Positions 27,281 through 37,151 of a stretch of 64,000 nucleotides of DNA are shown in pieces. Numbering within the stretch: position 1 is the stretch's first letter; each line of letters starts with the position of its first letter. The translations under genes and the position numbers were made by a program. Source of the DNA: Candidatus Hadarchaeales archaeon (lineage in GTDB: Archaea > Hadarchaeota > Hadarchaeia > Hadarchaeales > WYZ-LMO6); NCBI GenBank assembly GCA_038851755.1, contig JAWCKR010000002.1, positions 1 through 64,000 on the forward strand, given 5' to 3'. The notes under the pieces were generated by a model. It searched no databases and was not told the DNA's origin. It saw nothing but the letters and a program-made list of their open reading frames with translations.

Positions 27281-28567
27281 TCAGTACTCCCTGTGGATTT
27301 CCCTGACCAGGGGCTTGGCCAGGTGCCTCCTGCAGCGCGGGGGCACCTCGAAGGATCCCCTCTCCACCTTTCTCTTCTCCCGGACTAGCTCTGGTTTGGC
27401 CTTGGGAAAGCGCAGACCGCACTTCTTGCACGAGTATCCCTTATTCCTCCCCTCCGACTTCAGGCTCTTCCCGCACTTGGGGCAGCGTGGATTTCTTTTC
27501 CTGAAGAGAGGGGCCAGCTCCAGGATGGAGAGCTTCTCCAGGTTGATGGTGCGCGGAATCCCCGGTTCCTCCCTCACCCCCCCGAAGACCCTGACCCTGT
27601 CCCCCTCCCTCAGGCCCCTCACCACCTCTCTGAAGCCACGCGTGGGCTCGTAGGCGGCGCAGTCTATAGCCCCCGTCCCGTCGTCCAGGGTGAAGACCAC
27701 GTGCCCGCCCGGTATGGTGCGGGGGGTGCTCACCACCCTTCCCTCCAGGATCACGGAGGTGTAGGGACGTACTTCGGAGACCCTGCTTTCCCTCAGGTGC
27801 TCGTCCGTTCCCTGGTTGGTCTGATAGATCATCACCAGCTCCACGGGTTCCATCGCCTTCACGAGCTCGTGGGCCCTCAGCACCGCCTCGGGACTTTCAC
27901 CCCGGATGCCGTAGAGAACAGGACAGGGAGTGTGGGGGGTTATCCTTATCTCCCCCGTGCCGTGGTCCAGGTTGTCGAAGGTGTGCGGGTACGTCAGGCG
28001 GTCCATCAGGAGGACGGAGGCGGGATCGATTCGTCTTGGTTTTCCCCAGTACTCTCGACTGCGATAGGCGATGAGCTCGTACGTCCGATCCTTCTCCAGG
28101 GTGTGCCCGATGGCCGCCAAGGCCCCTATGATGCCTCTGCCCAGCTTGAACTTGTGTACCTCCGCCCCCAGCTTCCTGGCCAGGGCCTCCGCTTCCTCCA
28201 GTTCCACCACTTCCTGCACCACCCTCTTGGCGTAGGCTTTCAGCTCCTCCGGGATTTTCTCCGAGGCGTAGAAGACCACCCCGGGGTTGGTGGTCTCCAC
28301 TTCCATTTCCGCCAGCGAACTCACGGTTTGGAGCACCCTCTCCTTCACCGCCTGGACCCTGGAGGAGGGAACCTCTACGGTGAAGGACACCGCGCAGTTG
28401 CCCCTGGTTTTGTAGGGCCACATGGGATTCAGCCTTATGAGCTTGGGGAAGCCCTTTACTTCCACTCCCTCCTCCCGCAGGGAGTGCACGGCCACGGCTC
28501 CGACGTAGGTGGTGCACATACCGCGCTTTGAGTCCGTGTCGTCTATTCCCACATGGAGTTCCATCAT
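27281..28567 (-). CDS. tiaS: tRNA(Ile2) agmatinylcytidine synthase
   Basis: GIDDTDS..GMCTTY, LIRLNP..KTRGN, TNQGTD, AYEPT, C-terminal Zn ribbon, RRHLAKPL. Confidence 0.95.
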   Translation of the reverse strand: MMELHVGIDDTDSKRGMCTTYVGAVAVHSLREEGVEVKGFPKLIRLNPMWPYKTRGNCAVSFTVEVPSSRVQAVKERVLQTVSSLAEMEVETTNPGVVFYASEKIPEELKAYAKRVVQEVVELEEAEALARKLGAEVHKFKLGRGIIGALAAIGHTLEKDRTYELIAYRSREYWGKPRRIDPASVLLMDRLTYPHTFDNLDHGTGEIRITPHTPCPVLYGIRGESPEAVLRAHELVKAMEPVELVMIYQTNQGTDEHLRESRVSEVRPYTSVILEGRVVSTPRTIPGGHVVFTLDDGTGAIDCAAYEPTRGFREVVRGLREGDRVRVFGGVREEPGIPRTINLEKLSILELAPLFRKRNPRCPKCGKSLKSEGRNKGYSCKKCGLRFPKAKPELVREKRKVERGSFEVPPRCRRHLAKPLVREIHREY

Positions 28568-28638
28568 CTCATAAGGTGTTTGGAATACTTTGAGGTTGCG
28601 AGGGGCCAATCCTTATGGGAGGGGAAGGGTGTAGAGAG

Positions 28639-30474
28639 ATGAAGGCCATGGACCCGTGGGGGAAGCTGAAAGAGGAAGTGGTGGGGGCCATAGAGGAAGG
28701 GTTGCGTTCGCTGGAGTGGGAACCGCCCCGAAGGGTGGAGGAGACCCTCTCCCAGCCTCCGGACCCGGAGCTGGGGGATTTGAGCTCCACCCTCTGTCTG
28801 GAGCTTTCAAAGAAGCTGGGAAAGCCCCCGCAGGAGGTGGCCCAGCAGATGGCGGAGAGGATGAGGTGCGGAGGGCTGCTGGAGAGGGTGGAGGTAGTGA
28901 GAGGGTATTTGAACTTCTTCATCAACCTCCCTTCCTTCGCCAGCCTCACTCTGGGGGAGATAGAGAAGAGAGGGAAGGATTATGGAAAGGGGGAGGAGGG
29001 GAGAGGGAGGAAGGTGGTGATAGAGCACACGAGCGTGAACCCCACCAAACCCCTCCACATCGGGCACGGCAGGAACGCGGTTCTGGGGGACACCATGGCA
29101 AGGGTACTCAGGGAGAGGGGATACGAGGTGGAGGTGCACAACTACATCGACGATTTGGGGAGACAGATGGCGGAGACCCTGGTAGCCCTGTCCGAGATAG
29201 AGAAGAAGCCTGAAGGAAAGTTCGATCATGTTTTGGGCAAGCTCTACGCGGAGTTTCACCAGTTGCTGGAGGGCCACCCGGAGCTGGAGGAGAAGGTCGG
29301 GGAGGTGCTCCGGGAGCTGGAGAGGGGTGGAGGGATTTCTAAGAGGGCAAGGGAGGTGGCGGAGAAGTGCATAAAGGCCAACCTTTTCACCACCGACAGG
29401 CTGGGAGTGGGGTATAACCTGCTGGTCTGGGAGAGCGACCTGGTAAGGTCAGGTATCCTGCACGAGGTGCTGGAACGGCTGAAGGGCACCCCCTATCTCG
29501 TGAAGGGGGAGGGGGAAAAAGCCGGAACCTGGGTTTTGCGCCTCCCTGGGGAAGAAGAGAAGGTCCTGATCAGGTCTGACGGGACGGCGGTCTACACGGC
29601 CAGGGATATCGCCTACCAGGTCTGGAAGTTCGGATGCACCGAGCGGACTTTGAGGTTCAAGTTCCACTCCAAGAGGAGCGACGGAACCAGAACCTACACC
29701 ACCTCAGAGAGGGGGAGGGTGGTGAGACGCTTCGGGCATGCGGATGTGGTCATCAACGTGATCGGAGCCGAGCAAAAGTTTCCCCAGAGGGTGGTTTTCT
29801 CAGCCTTGAAAGCCTTGGGCCTTCAGAAACAGTCCGAGAACTCCTACCACCTCGCCTATGAGCATGTGCGCCTCCCCGAAGAGAGGTTCTCGGGGAGGAA
29901 GGGTACCTGGATAGGCTTCACCGTGGACGAGGTGGTGGAGGAGGCCGTTTCCAGGGCCGGGGAGCTGATGAAGGATCGCTCGGTCAGGGGAGCCCTCCGG
30001 AAGAAAATCCCTGAGGGGGTGGGGGTGGGGGCCGTGAGGTTCTCCCTCCTCAGCACCTCCCCGGAGAAGGAGATAGTCTTCAAGTGGGAGGAGGCCCTCA
30101 ACTTCGAAAGGAACAGCGGTCCAGCCGTTCAGTACTCTTACGCCAGGGCCTGCAGCATCCTCCGGAAGGCCAGGGGGCACAGGATTGAGCCAGTTTCCCT
30201 CTTCGAGCTGAGGGAGGAAAGGGAGCTCCTGAAGCTGCTGGCTCAGTATCCCGAAGCGGTGCGCCTGGTGGGCGAGAAGCGTCAGCCGAGCCTTCTCGCC
30301 AGGTACGCGGCAGATCTTTCCATGTGCTTCAACAAGTTCTACGAGGTGGCCCCCGTTCTGGAAGCCGAAACGGAAGAACTCAGGAGTTCACGCCTGAGAC
30401 TGGTGAGAGGCACCAAGGTAGTCCTGGGAAACGCCATGCGCCTGCTGGGGGTTCCCGTCCTCAGGAGGATGTAG
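28639..30474 (+). CDS. argS: Arginyl-tRNA synthetase
   Basis: EHTSVNPTKPLHIGHGRN, RSDGTAVYTARDIAY, FSGRKG, QYSYAR, ends RM. Confidence 0.96.
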   Translation: MKAMDPWGKLKEEVVGAIEEGLRSLEWEPPRRVEETLSQPPDPELGDLSSTLCLELSKKLGKPPQEVAQQMAERMRCGGLLERVEVVRGYLNFFINLPSFASLTLGEIEKRGKDYGKGEEGRGRKVVIEHTSVNPTKPLHIGHGRNAVLGDTMARVLRERGYEVEVHNYIDDLGRQMAETLVALSEIEKKPEGKFDHVLGKLYAEFHQLLEGHPELEEKVGEVLRELERGGGISKRAREVAEKCIKANLFTTDRLGVGYNLLVWESDLVRSGILHEVLERLKGTPYLVKGEGEKAGTWVLRLPGEEEKVLIRSDGTAVYTARDIAYQVWKFGCTERTLRFKFHSKRSDGTRTYTTSERGRVVRRFGHADVVINVIGAEQKFPQRVVFSALKALGLQKQSENSYHLAYEHVRLPEERFSGRKGTWIGFTVDEVVEEAVSRAGELMKDRSVRGALRKKIPEGVGVGAVRFSLLSTSPEKEIVFKWEEALNFERNSGPAVQYSYARACSILRKARGHRIEPVSLFELREERELLKLLAQYPEAVRLVGEKRQPSLLARYAADLSMCFNKFYEVAPVLEAETEELRSSRLRLVRGTKVVLGNAMRLLGVPVLRRM

Positions 30475-30543
30475 CGCGTAACTTCGTGCCATCTCCCTCT
30501 CTCGGCTCAAGGCTTAAGGGCTGGGCGCGGGAGGGGGGATTGG

Positions 30544-30777
30544 ATGAAGGGAATCAGGGTCTTCAAGAGGAGGCTCGACGGGGAGGGTAGGCTCGCTCTC
30601 CCCCGCACCCTCCTGAAGCTTTTCCCAGGCGAAGTGAAGGTGCTGGGCTCCAATCCCATCACCGTGCTCTGTCCGTCCGACATGGACCTGGAGGAGGCGG
30701 AGAAACACCTCTCCCACCTTCTGGTAGAGCTGAGGAGGAAACTCAGCGGGATGGAGTTCACCTACATCACTCACTGA
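30544..30777 (+). CDS. Small AbrB/MraZ-like DNA-binding protein
   Basis: KRRLDGEGRLALPR resembles the AbrB/SpoVT D-x-x-GR-x-x-P signature. Confidence 0.55.
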   Translation: MKGIRVFKRRLDGEGRLALPRTLLKLFPGEVKVLGSNPITVLCPSDMDLEEAEKHLSHLLVELRRKLSGMEFTYITH

Positions 30778-30846
30778 AGGAACCTCACTTTCGGGCAGTT
30801 TGCGTAGGTCGGAAAATTTTTTATACCATGATTTAAGAGAAAGAGG

Positions 30847-32463
30847 ATGCCGGAGGATTTCCTGATAGTAAAAGACCTCACCAAAGAGTTCACCCCAGGT
30901 CTCCCAGTGATTAGGAATATTTCCTTTACCCTCAAAGAGGCCAAAACCTTTGGACTATTGGGAAAAAGCGGGCAGGGAAAGTCCGTAACCATGCAGGCCA
31001 TTCGTGGGATTCCCGAATATGAGCCCACCAGTGGGGAGGTGATTTTCAGGATAGCCTATTGTCCAAACTGCCACTGGGTGGAGTACCCCTCCAAAGTGGG
31101 GGAAGCATGTCCCAAGTGCTCCACCAGGATGGAGTTCAGGGAGGTGAATTACTGGGAGGAGCTGAACAAGCAGAGCAGGATTGGGAAGTCGCTGCACGAC
31201 AGGATAGCCATTATGCCCCAGAGAGGCTTCTCCCTTTACAGCGAGTTCCCGGCCGTGGAGAACATCAGGAGGATCCTCCTGAGCATAGGGTACCCTGAGG
31301 GGGAGGTGGACCTCAGGGCGGTTGAGCTGCTTTCCAGCGTGAGACTACAGCACAGGCTCCTCCACCTGGGAAGGGACCTCTCGGGGGGAGAAAAGCAGAG
31401 GGTTATCTTCGCCATGTGCTTGGCCAGGAATCCCCTGCTCTTCTTGGCGGACGAGCCCACGGGGACCCTGGACCCCATCACCAGCGTGGTGGTTTCTGAC
31501 GTGATAAAGGAGGCCGTGGAGAAGGACAAGATCTCTCTCCTGCTCACCTCCCACTGGCCCGAGGCCATAAAGATGCTCACGGAGGAGGCCATCCTCATGG
31601 AGAACGGTGAAGCCGTCATGAAGGGTAATTCGGAGGATGTTTACAAGGCTTTCATGGAGAAGGTCGAGAAGCTGGAGGTTCAGAGGTTCAAGGGCACCAA
31701 TCCCATGGTGAAGTGCGAGAGCGTGAGGAAGTGGTACTATACCTTTGACAGGGGGTTGGTGAGGGCGGTGGACGGTGTGGACCTGGAGATTTACGAAGGG
31801 GAGATCTTCGGGATAGTGGGGCTCAGCGGGAGCGGTAAGACCACGCTGGCGCACATGATAATAGGCCTGAAGCCCGTTACGCAGGGGAAAATCTCTGTGC
31901 GGATAGGGAATGAGTGGATAGACATGGGCATACCCGGTCCTGACGAGAGGGGCAGGGCCACCGTTTACATGGATATCCTGCACCAGGAGTATACCCTCCA
32001 CGCGGGGAGGATCATTCTGGAGAATCTCACGGGTGTGGTGACGGAGCCCCTTCCCGAGGAGGTGAAGACGCAGAGGGCTTATGAGGTCCTCAGGGCCGTT
32101 AACTTCACCGATCCGGAGATAGATTATCTCCTCTACAAGCTTCCCGACCAGCTGAGCGAGGGTGAGAGGCACAGGGTCTGCATAGCCAGATCCCTCATGA
32201 AAAAGCCAAAGCTCGTGCTACTGGACGAGCCCACGGGCACGGCGGATCCCATCACGAGGGTGGAGATAGCCAAGAGCATAAGGAGTGCCAGGGACACTCT
32301 CGGTCAAACCTATCTGATTATAAGCCATGACATAGACTTTATGAAGCTGGCCTGCGATAGGGCGGTGTACATGAGGCACGGAAAGATACAGGCGATGGGG
32401 GACCCCGACGAAATGATTGACCTGATGGTCAAGACAGAGAGAGCGGCCATGGAGAGTGGTTAG
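30847..32463 (+). CDS. atwA: Methyl-coenzyme M reductase system component A2 (twin ABC ATPase with Zn motif)
   Basis: GKSGQGKS, EYEPTSG, CPNC..CPKC Zn motif, RDLSGGEKQR, ADEPTGTLD, TSHWPE, VRAVDGV, LSEGERHRV; no TM partner genes. Confidence 0.92.
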   Translation: MPEDFLIVKDLTKEFTPGLPVIRNISFTLKEAKTFGLLGKSGQGKSVTMQAIRGIPEYEPTSGEVIFRIAYCPNCHWVEYPSKVGEACPKCSTRMEFREVNYWEELNKQSRIGKSLHDRIAIMPQRGFSLYSEFPAVENIRRILLSIGYPEGEVDLRAVELLSSVRLQHRLLHLGRDLSGGEKQRVIFAMCLARNPLLFLADEPTGTLDPITSVVVSDVIKEAVEKDKISLLLTSHWPEAIKMLTEEAILMENGEAVMKGNSEDVYKAFMEKVEKLEVQRFKGTNPMVKCESVRKWYYTFDRGLVRAVDGVDLEIYEGEIFGIVGLSGSGKTTLAHMIIGLKPVTQGKISVRIGNEWIDMGIPGPDERGRATVYMDILHQEYTLHAGRIILENLTGVVTEPLPEEVKTQRAYEVLRAVNFTDPEIDYLLYKLPDQLSEGERHRVCIARSLMKKPKLVLLDEPTGTADPITRVEIAKSIRSARDTLGQTYLIISHDIDFMKLACDRAVYMRHGKIQAMGDPDEMIDLMVKTERAAMESG

Positions 32464-32464
32464 G

Positions 32465-33307
32465 ATGGCTTACGATGAGGCCCTGACGGAGGAGGTAAAG
32501 CGGCTGGCGCTCAGCCTGGGAGTGGACAAAGTGGGGATTGGAGAGGCAGAAAGAGCGGACAAGACCCCCATGTTCTTTGCTTCTCCCTTCTCCTTCATGA
32601 AGGACGCGAAGACGGTGGTTTCCCTTTGCATGAAGTACCCGGAGGGTGCGCTGGAGTTCTCAAAGGACGACTTCTTCGTTATCCTGTCCTCCTACGCTTC
32701 TGTCAGGGAGGCCATGCTGAAGAAGCTCGACGAGATAGCCCTGGCCATCTCCAGGGAGCTCGAGAAGAAGGGATACAAGGCCACCCCGCTGGAGGCTAAC
32801 CTGCCGGTGGATGAGAGGCGCTGGGTGAGCTGTTTGCTTTCACACAGGTACCTCGCCCAGATTTCCGGTCTTGGTGACATAGGTGCCAACAACATGCTCA
32901 TCACGCCGGAGTGGGGGCCGAGGGTGGAGCTGGCGAGCGTCATCACCAACGCCCCCCTGAAGCCGGACGGTCCGAAGCTGGCAGGCAAGATCTACGAAGA
33001 AACATGCAAAGCCTGTTTCAAGTGCGTGGAGGCGTGTCCCACGCAGGCCATCACCAGAGAGAAGATGCCACCTTACAACTTCGAACTCAACAGGTGCCTG
33101 TGGGCCACCCAGGGATGGATGATGCTCTCCAAGATAGAGATCCCGCCTGAGGAGTGGATAACAGCCAGACCCACTTCCATGGTAATGGTTCCCAAATACA
33201 CCGCCAAGTACCCCTTCATCAAGGTCTACCAGGAGTGGCAAAAGAGAAAAATGGACTTCCCCTGCTGCATTGAGTGCACGCTGGCATGTCCGGTGGGAAA
33301 AAAGTGA
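32465..33307 (+). CDS. QueG/reductive-dehalogenase-like cobalamin, 2x[4Fe-4S] protein
   Basis: SHRYLAQISGLGDIGANNMLITPEWGPRVELASVITNAPL, CKACFKCVEACP, CCIECTLACP. Confidence 0.8.
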   Translation: MAYDEALTEEVKRLALSLGVDKVGIGEAERADKTPMFFASPFSFMKDAKTVVSLCMKYPEGALEFSKDDFFVILSSYASVREAMLKKLDEIALAISRELEKKGYKATPLEANLPVDERRWVSCLLSHRYLAQISGLGDIGANNMLITPEWGPRVELASVITNAPLKPDGPKLAGKIYEETCKACFKCVEACPTQAITREKMPPYNFELNRCLWATQGWMMLSKIEIPPEEWITARPTSMVMVPKYTAKYPFIKVYQEWQKRKMDFPCCIECTLACPVGKK

Positions 33308-33316
33308 GGTGAGACT

Positions 33317-33553
33317 CTGCTGGAATGCACCTCTTGTGGCTGGAAGGGACGGGAAGAGGAGACAGTCAAGGTCTACGTGTGCCCGGATTGCGGCACAGGG
33401 CATCTGAAGCTTTTCCGCCTCCTCAAGAGGAGGGATGGAAAGCTCCAGTGCCCAAAGTGTACTTGGATAGGTTCACCAGAGGAGGCGCTTAAGGAGCCCG
33501 AGTGCCCCAAGTGCGGCAACCCTTACCTGAAGGAAGTGGCTGCGACCGCCTGA
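33317..33553 (+). CDS. 78-aa protein with four CxxC motifs (double Zn ribbon/rubredoxin-like); CTG start; not in the ORF track
   Basis: LLECTSCGWKG..VCPDCGTG..QCPKCTWIG..ECPKCGNPYL. An in-frame TGA at 33305 precedes it; GAGGTGA-GACT-CTG. Confidence 0.8.
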   Translation: MLECTSCGWKGREEETVKVYVCPDCGTGHLKLFRLLKRRDGKLQCPKCTWIGSPEEALKEPECPKCGNPYLKEVAATA

Positions 33554-33605
33554 AGGGCTTGCTCTTTTACCAAATCGTTTCAGAGCAGTGAAGTTCCGGG
33601 AGCCC

Positions 33606-34832
33606 TCACATCGCCCTTGCTACGAGTTCTGTGAGGTCGTAGATCTGCAGGGGCAACTTGGAGGCATCCACGGCGTCACTCAGGTTCCTCCGGCAGAAGG
33701 GACAGGTGGAGACGATGGCTTGGGCGCCGGTTTCCTGAGCTTCTTTCAACCTCTCCGTGGCAGTCCAGATGGCCCAATCGGGGTAGGCTGACTTGGCCCC
33801 ACCCCCAGCGCCACAGCACCATGAAAGCTCCCGGTTGCGGGGCATTTCGGTGAGTTTCACGCCTGGCAGAGCCTTCAGGACATTCCTGGGAGGTTCGAAG
33901 ACCTTCTCTTTCTCCAGCTCTGGGAGGTAGATGGAAACATGCCTGCCAGAGTGGCAAGGGTCGTGATAAGTCACGTGAAGGTTCAGGGGCTTGGAGAAGC
34001 TGATTTTTCCCTCCCTCAGGAGGGAATCGAGGAGGTCTGCTGTGGTCATGATTTCGAACTCGGGCTTTATCCCGAACATTTTGGGATAATCCAGCTTGAG
34101 GGTTTTGTAGCACCCCGCGCAGGAGGTTATGACCCTCTTCGCACCGGCGTCTTTTATGACGTCCACGTTGTGCTTTGCCACCTCTTCTGCCAACTTCCTC
34201 TGTCCGGTGCGGAGGAGGGGAGAACCACAGCACCACTCGTCCTCCCCCAGCAGACCGAATTCTATCCCCAGCTTCTTGAAAATCTGCACGGTGGATTGAG
34301 CGATCATCTGTTGTCGGTAGGAAGCGGTACACCCCACGAAGTAGATGGTTTCCGCTTTCTTAGGATACTTGCTCCCGTTGGCCCAGGCTGCCCTGTTTTG
34401 GGAGGGCTCGTAGTAGGGGTTGTGGTTGTTCTTTATGCTCTCGCCGTATTTGGCCTGCACGGGCATGGGTCCCCACCCTATCTCCGCCAGGTAGGCGCGG
34501 AGATCCTCCATGATTTTCACGGTGTCTTCGGCCTTGTATCCCAGCCCGGAGTGGTCCTTGCAGTTCACCGAGCAGGAACCGCAGAGCGTGCATCCGTAGA
34601 CGACGTTGAGGAGTCCCTCGGTGGGCCTGGTGATGATGTCTTCGTTTAGCCCCCTCACTAGCTCCATCTTTCCGTAGGAGTAGAAGGCTTCATGCCCGAA
34701 GTAGGTGCCGCTGGGGCAGTTGTTCATCACCCTGCCGAGCTTGTGGTAGTCGCCCACGCTGCATGCTCTGCAGTGGGCGCAGAGATAGCTTAACTTATGC
34801 CACTTCGTTATTGTTTCAGTTTTCGGAGGCAC
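33606..34832 (-). CDS. HdrD/GlpC-like Fe-S protein (ferredoxin part plus two CCG domains)
   Basis: CAHCRAC, CTLCGSCSVNC, VGC..WCCGSP..SCAGC, HDPCH..WCCGAGG..TCPFC. Confidence 0.9.
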   Translation of the reverse strand: MPPKTETITKWHKLSYLCAHCRACSVGDYHKLGRVMNNCPSGTYFGHEAFYSYGKMELVRGLNEDIITRPTEGLLNVVYGCTLCGSCSVNCKDHSGLGYKAEDTVKIMEDLRAYLAEIGWGPMPVQAKYGESIKNNHNPYYEPSQNRAAWANGSKYPKKAETIYFVGCTASYRQQMIAQSTVQIFKKLGIEFGLLGEDEWCCGSPLLRTGQRKLAEEVAKHNVDVIKDAGAKRVITSCAGCYKTLKLDYPKMFGIKPEFEIMTTADLLDSLLREGKISFSKPLNLHVTYHDPCHSGRHVSIYLPELEKEKVFEPPRNVLKALPGVKLTEMPRNRELSWCCGAGGGAKSAYPDWAIWTATERLKEAQETGAQAIVSTCPFCRRNLSDAVDASKLPLQIYDLTELVARAM

Positions 34833-34975
34833 AAGAATATGGGGTCAGTGCTCTTTATAAGTATTTCGCTTTATGTGTTTGACGATAGGCACAAAGAGGA
34901 AGAAAAAAGCTCTCTCACAGGACAGAGAGGAAGAACATCCGATAAATTTATAAACATCCGCGGTGAAGAAGAGGT

Positions 34976-35662
34976 ATGCCCTCGGAGCAAGAGCTGCTTC
35001 AGGAAATAGAGCGCAGGGCTATAGACAACAAGGAAAACGCTCTCCAGGTTCGTGCCGGGAAACTTTCCGGCGATACCGTGATCTACATCGCCTTCTCCCC
35101 CTACCTCCCCTGCCTCATAAGAACGGGCGCCGCAGAGGCCAGAACCCTCTTTGGGATGAAGGCCGAGATGGCGTGCCATGTTTTGAACGAAGCCAACGAG
35201 ATTATTTTCTCGTACCTGATAAGGTTCGATGAGGGGTATGTCACTGATTATCAGAGGTTGGATCTCAACCTCACCCATCCCACCACCGGTACTCCACTGC
35301 GCGACGCCATCAAGGGGAAGAGTGTTTACTGGAAGAACCCCACCGGACCGGCCTTCGCGGGGGAAATAGTGGACTCTATCCGGAAGGACAAAAGTTATAA
35401 ACTGTTTAGCGGAGTAGGCTACCTGAAGGACTTCGAGGAGGGTATGGCCATACCGGATGAAAACCTGGACGCGAAGTGCACCCTGAACTACGATCTTTTG
35501 GAGATAAGGAAGAGAGCGGCCATCCATCCCATGCCTGCCACCATGAGGGGCTTTCTCCTGATGGGGAGAGCAGACTTCACCGATTGGCTGAAGGAGATCC
35601 TGGGAGGAGAGGATCTTCTCCCGGTGGTCCACACCGTGAGGGAGAGGTTGGGGAGGAGATAG
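34976..35662 (+). CDS. Hypothetical protein (228 aa)
   Basis: ATG after a TTTATAAA box; typical composition; first gene of the FAD oxidoreductase/CoA-transferase run; no motif recognised. Confidence 0.75.
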   Translation: MPSEQELLQEIERRAIDNKENALQVRAGKLSGDTVIYIAFSPYLPCLIRTGAAEARTLFGMKAEMACHVLNEANEIIFSYLIRFDEGYVTDYQRLDLNLTHPTTGTPLRDAIKGKSVYWKNPTGPAFAGEIVDSIRKDKSYKLFSGVGYLKDFEEGMAIPDENLDAKCTLNYDLLEIRKRAAIHPMPATMRGFLLMGRADFTDWLKEILGGEDLLPVVHTVRERLGRR

Positions 35663-35663
35663 C

Positions 35664-37139
35664 ATGGAAGCCGAAGTTCAAAAGGACAGGATTCTGGGGC
35701 TCCTGCAAGACATCGTGGGACCGGAGCACGCCTCTGCGGACCCTGCCCTGCTCATCCCCTACTCCAGAGACCAGCACTGGCCCATAGCAGGCACTCACAT
35801 GCCCGACTACGTGGTCAGGCCCAAGACGGTGGAAGAGGTCCAAAAGATCCTGAGGGTGGCCAACAGGTACAGGATTCCCGTCATACCGGTCAGCAGTAAC
35901 ACCAACATCAGGGGGCTCACCATCCCCCACCATGGTGGAATAATAATGGACCTGAAGAGGATGGACCACCTCGAGATAGATGTGAAGAACAGGGCGGCCG
36001 TGATAGGTCCTGGCATCAGCTGCGCCAAGCTGGCGGACGAGGCTGAGAAGTACGGGCTCAGGCCCATCATCCCCGGTGCGCCCTCCACGGTTAACATGCT
36101 CTCCAATTGCCTCCTGAGAGGAGTTTCCAACATAGGCCCCAGATACGGTCACACCGGTGATCAGGTCCTGGGTATGGAGGTGGTCCTGCCCACGGGAGAG
36201 ATCCTGTACACCGGAGCGGCAGCCTTCCCCAATGTGGGACCTTACTTCAGGTACTTCGGTCCCGACTGGGCCGGTCTCTTCCAGGGTCAACCGGGGATTA
36301 TGGGAGTGGTGACCAAGATGGCGGTCAGGCTCTATCCCCTGCCCGAGCGCCAGGAGATGTTCATGTGCGGTTTCAACCAGAGGGAAGGCGAATCGGAGGA
36401 GGGCCCCCTGCGCAGGGCCATGGCCTTCATGCACGACCTCATGCTCCACGATCCACCCGTCATAACGTTCGGGGTGATTCTCCACTGGGTGGCGGCCGCC
36501 ATCACCATGGTGGAGAAGAGGGAGGACATAGACTCCTTCAAGGGGACCCTGGGAGACTGGGTGGTGCTGGGTTCCATCGAGGGCTCCAAGGACTTCGTGA
36601 AGTACGGCAGGTCGGTGGTGGAGAAGGAGATCAAGAAGCACTGGGACAACATAGACGAGGGGAGGGAAGTGGTGCTCATGTCGAAGATGCTCAAGGATGA
36701 GCTGAAGGCGGCGCGCAGGATCTTCAGGTGGTTCAGGCTCGGGAACTACTACGCCCTGGCCTGGTGGGGACCGCTGGACAGGTTCGACCAGTACTACTTC
36801 GAGGCGCTGAAGATCTGGAGGGAACTCGGGATCACGGAGGAGCTCTCCATCGTGGGTATTCCAGCCTACCCCTACGTGGGGCAGCTGACCTACTACGAGT
36901 TCGACAGCTTCTGGGACTCCACAGACGAGAGGAACACCGAGAAGATCAAGAAGTTCACGGAGCTCATGTACCAGAAGATGATCGACCTGGGGATCTACTG
37001 CTGGTTCAGACCCTATCCGGGGGTGTACGAGAGCACCATCCCCAGGCTGAAGGGATGCATGGGAGAGCTCTGGTACAAGGTCAAGAAGCTCCTGGACCCC
37101 AACAACATCATGAACCCTGGCAAGGTGTTCCCAGAGTAG
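35664..37139 (+). CDS. FAD-binding oxidoreductase (VAO/PCMH family)
   Basis: PDYVVRPKTVEEVQKIL, GGIIMDLKRM, GMEVVLPTGEILYTG, GIMGVVTK, KKLLDPNNIMNPGK. Confidence 0.9.
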   Translation: MEAEVQKDRILGLLQDIVGPEHASADPALLIPYSRDQHWPIAGTHMPDYVVRPKTVEEVQKILRVANRYRIPVIPVSSNTNIRGLTIPHHGGIIMDLKRMDHLEIDVKNRAAVIGPGISCAKLADEAEKYGLRPIIPGAPSTVNMLSNCLLRGVSNIGPRYGHTGDQVLGMEVVLPTGEILYTGAAAFPNVGPYFRYFGPDWAGLFQGQPGIMGVVTKMAVRLYPLPERQEMFMCGFNQREGESEEGPLRRAMAFMHDLMLHDPPVITFGVILHWVAAAITMVEKREDIDSFKGTLGDWVVLGSIEGSKDFVKYGRSVVEKEIKKHWDNIDEGREVVLMSKMLKDELKAARRIFRWFRLGNYYALAWWGPLDRFDQYYFEALKIWRELGITEELSIVGIPAYPYVGQLTYYEFDSFWDSTDERNTEKIKKFTELMYQKMIDLGIYCWFRPYPGVYESTIPRLKGCMGELWYKVKKLLDPNNIMNPGKVFPE

Positions 37140-37151
37140 GTCGGTGTTAGG

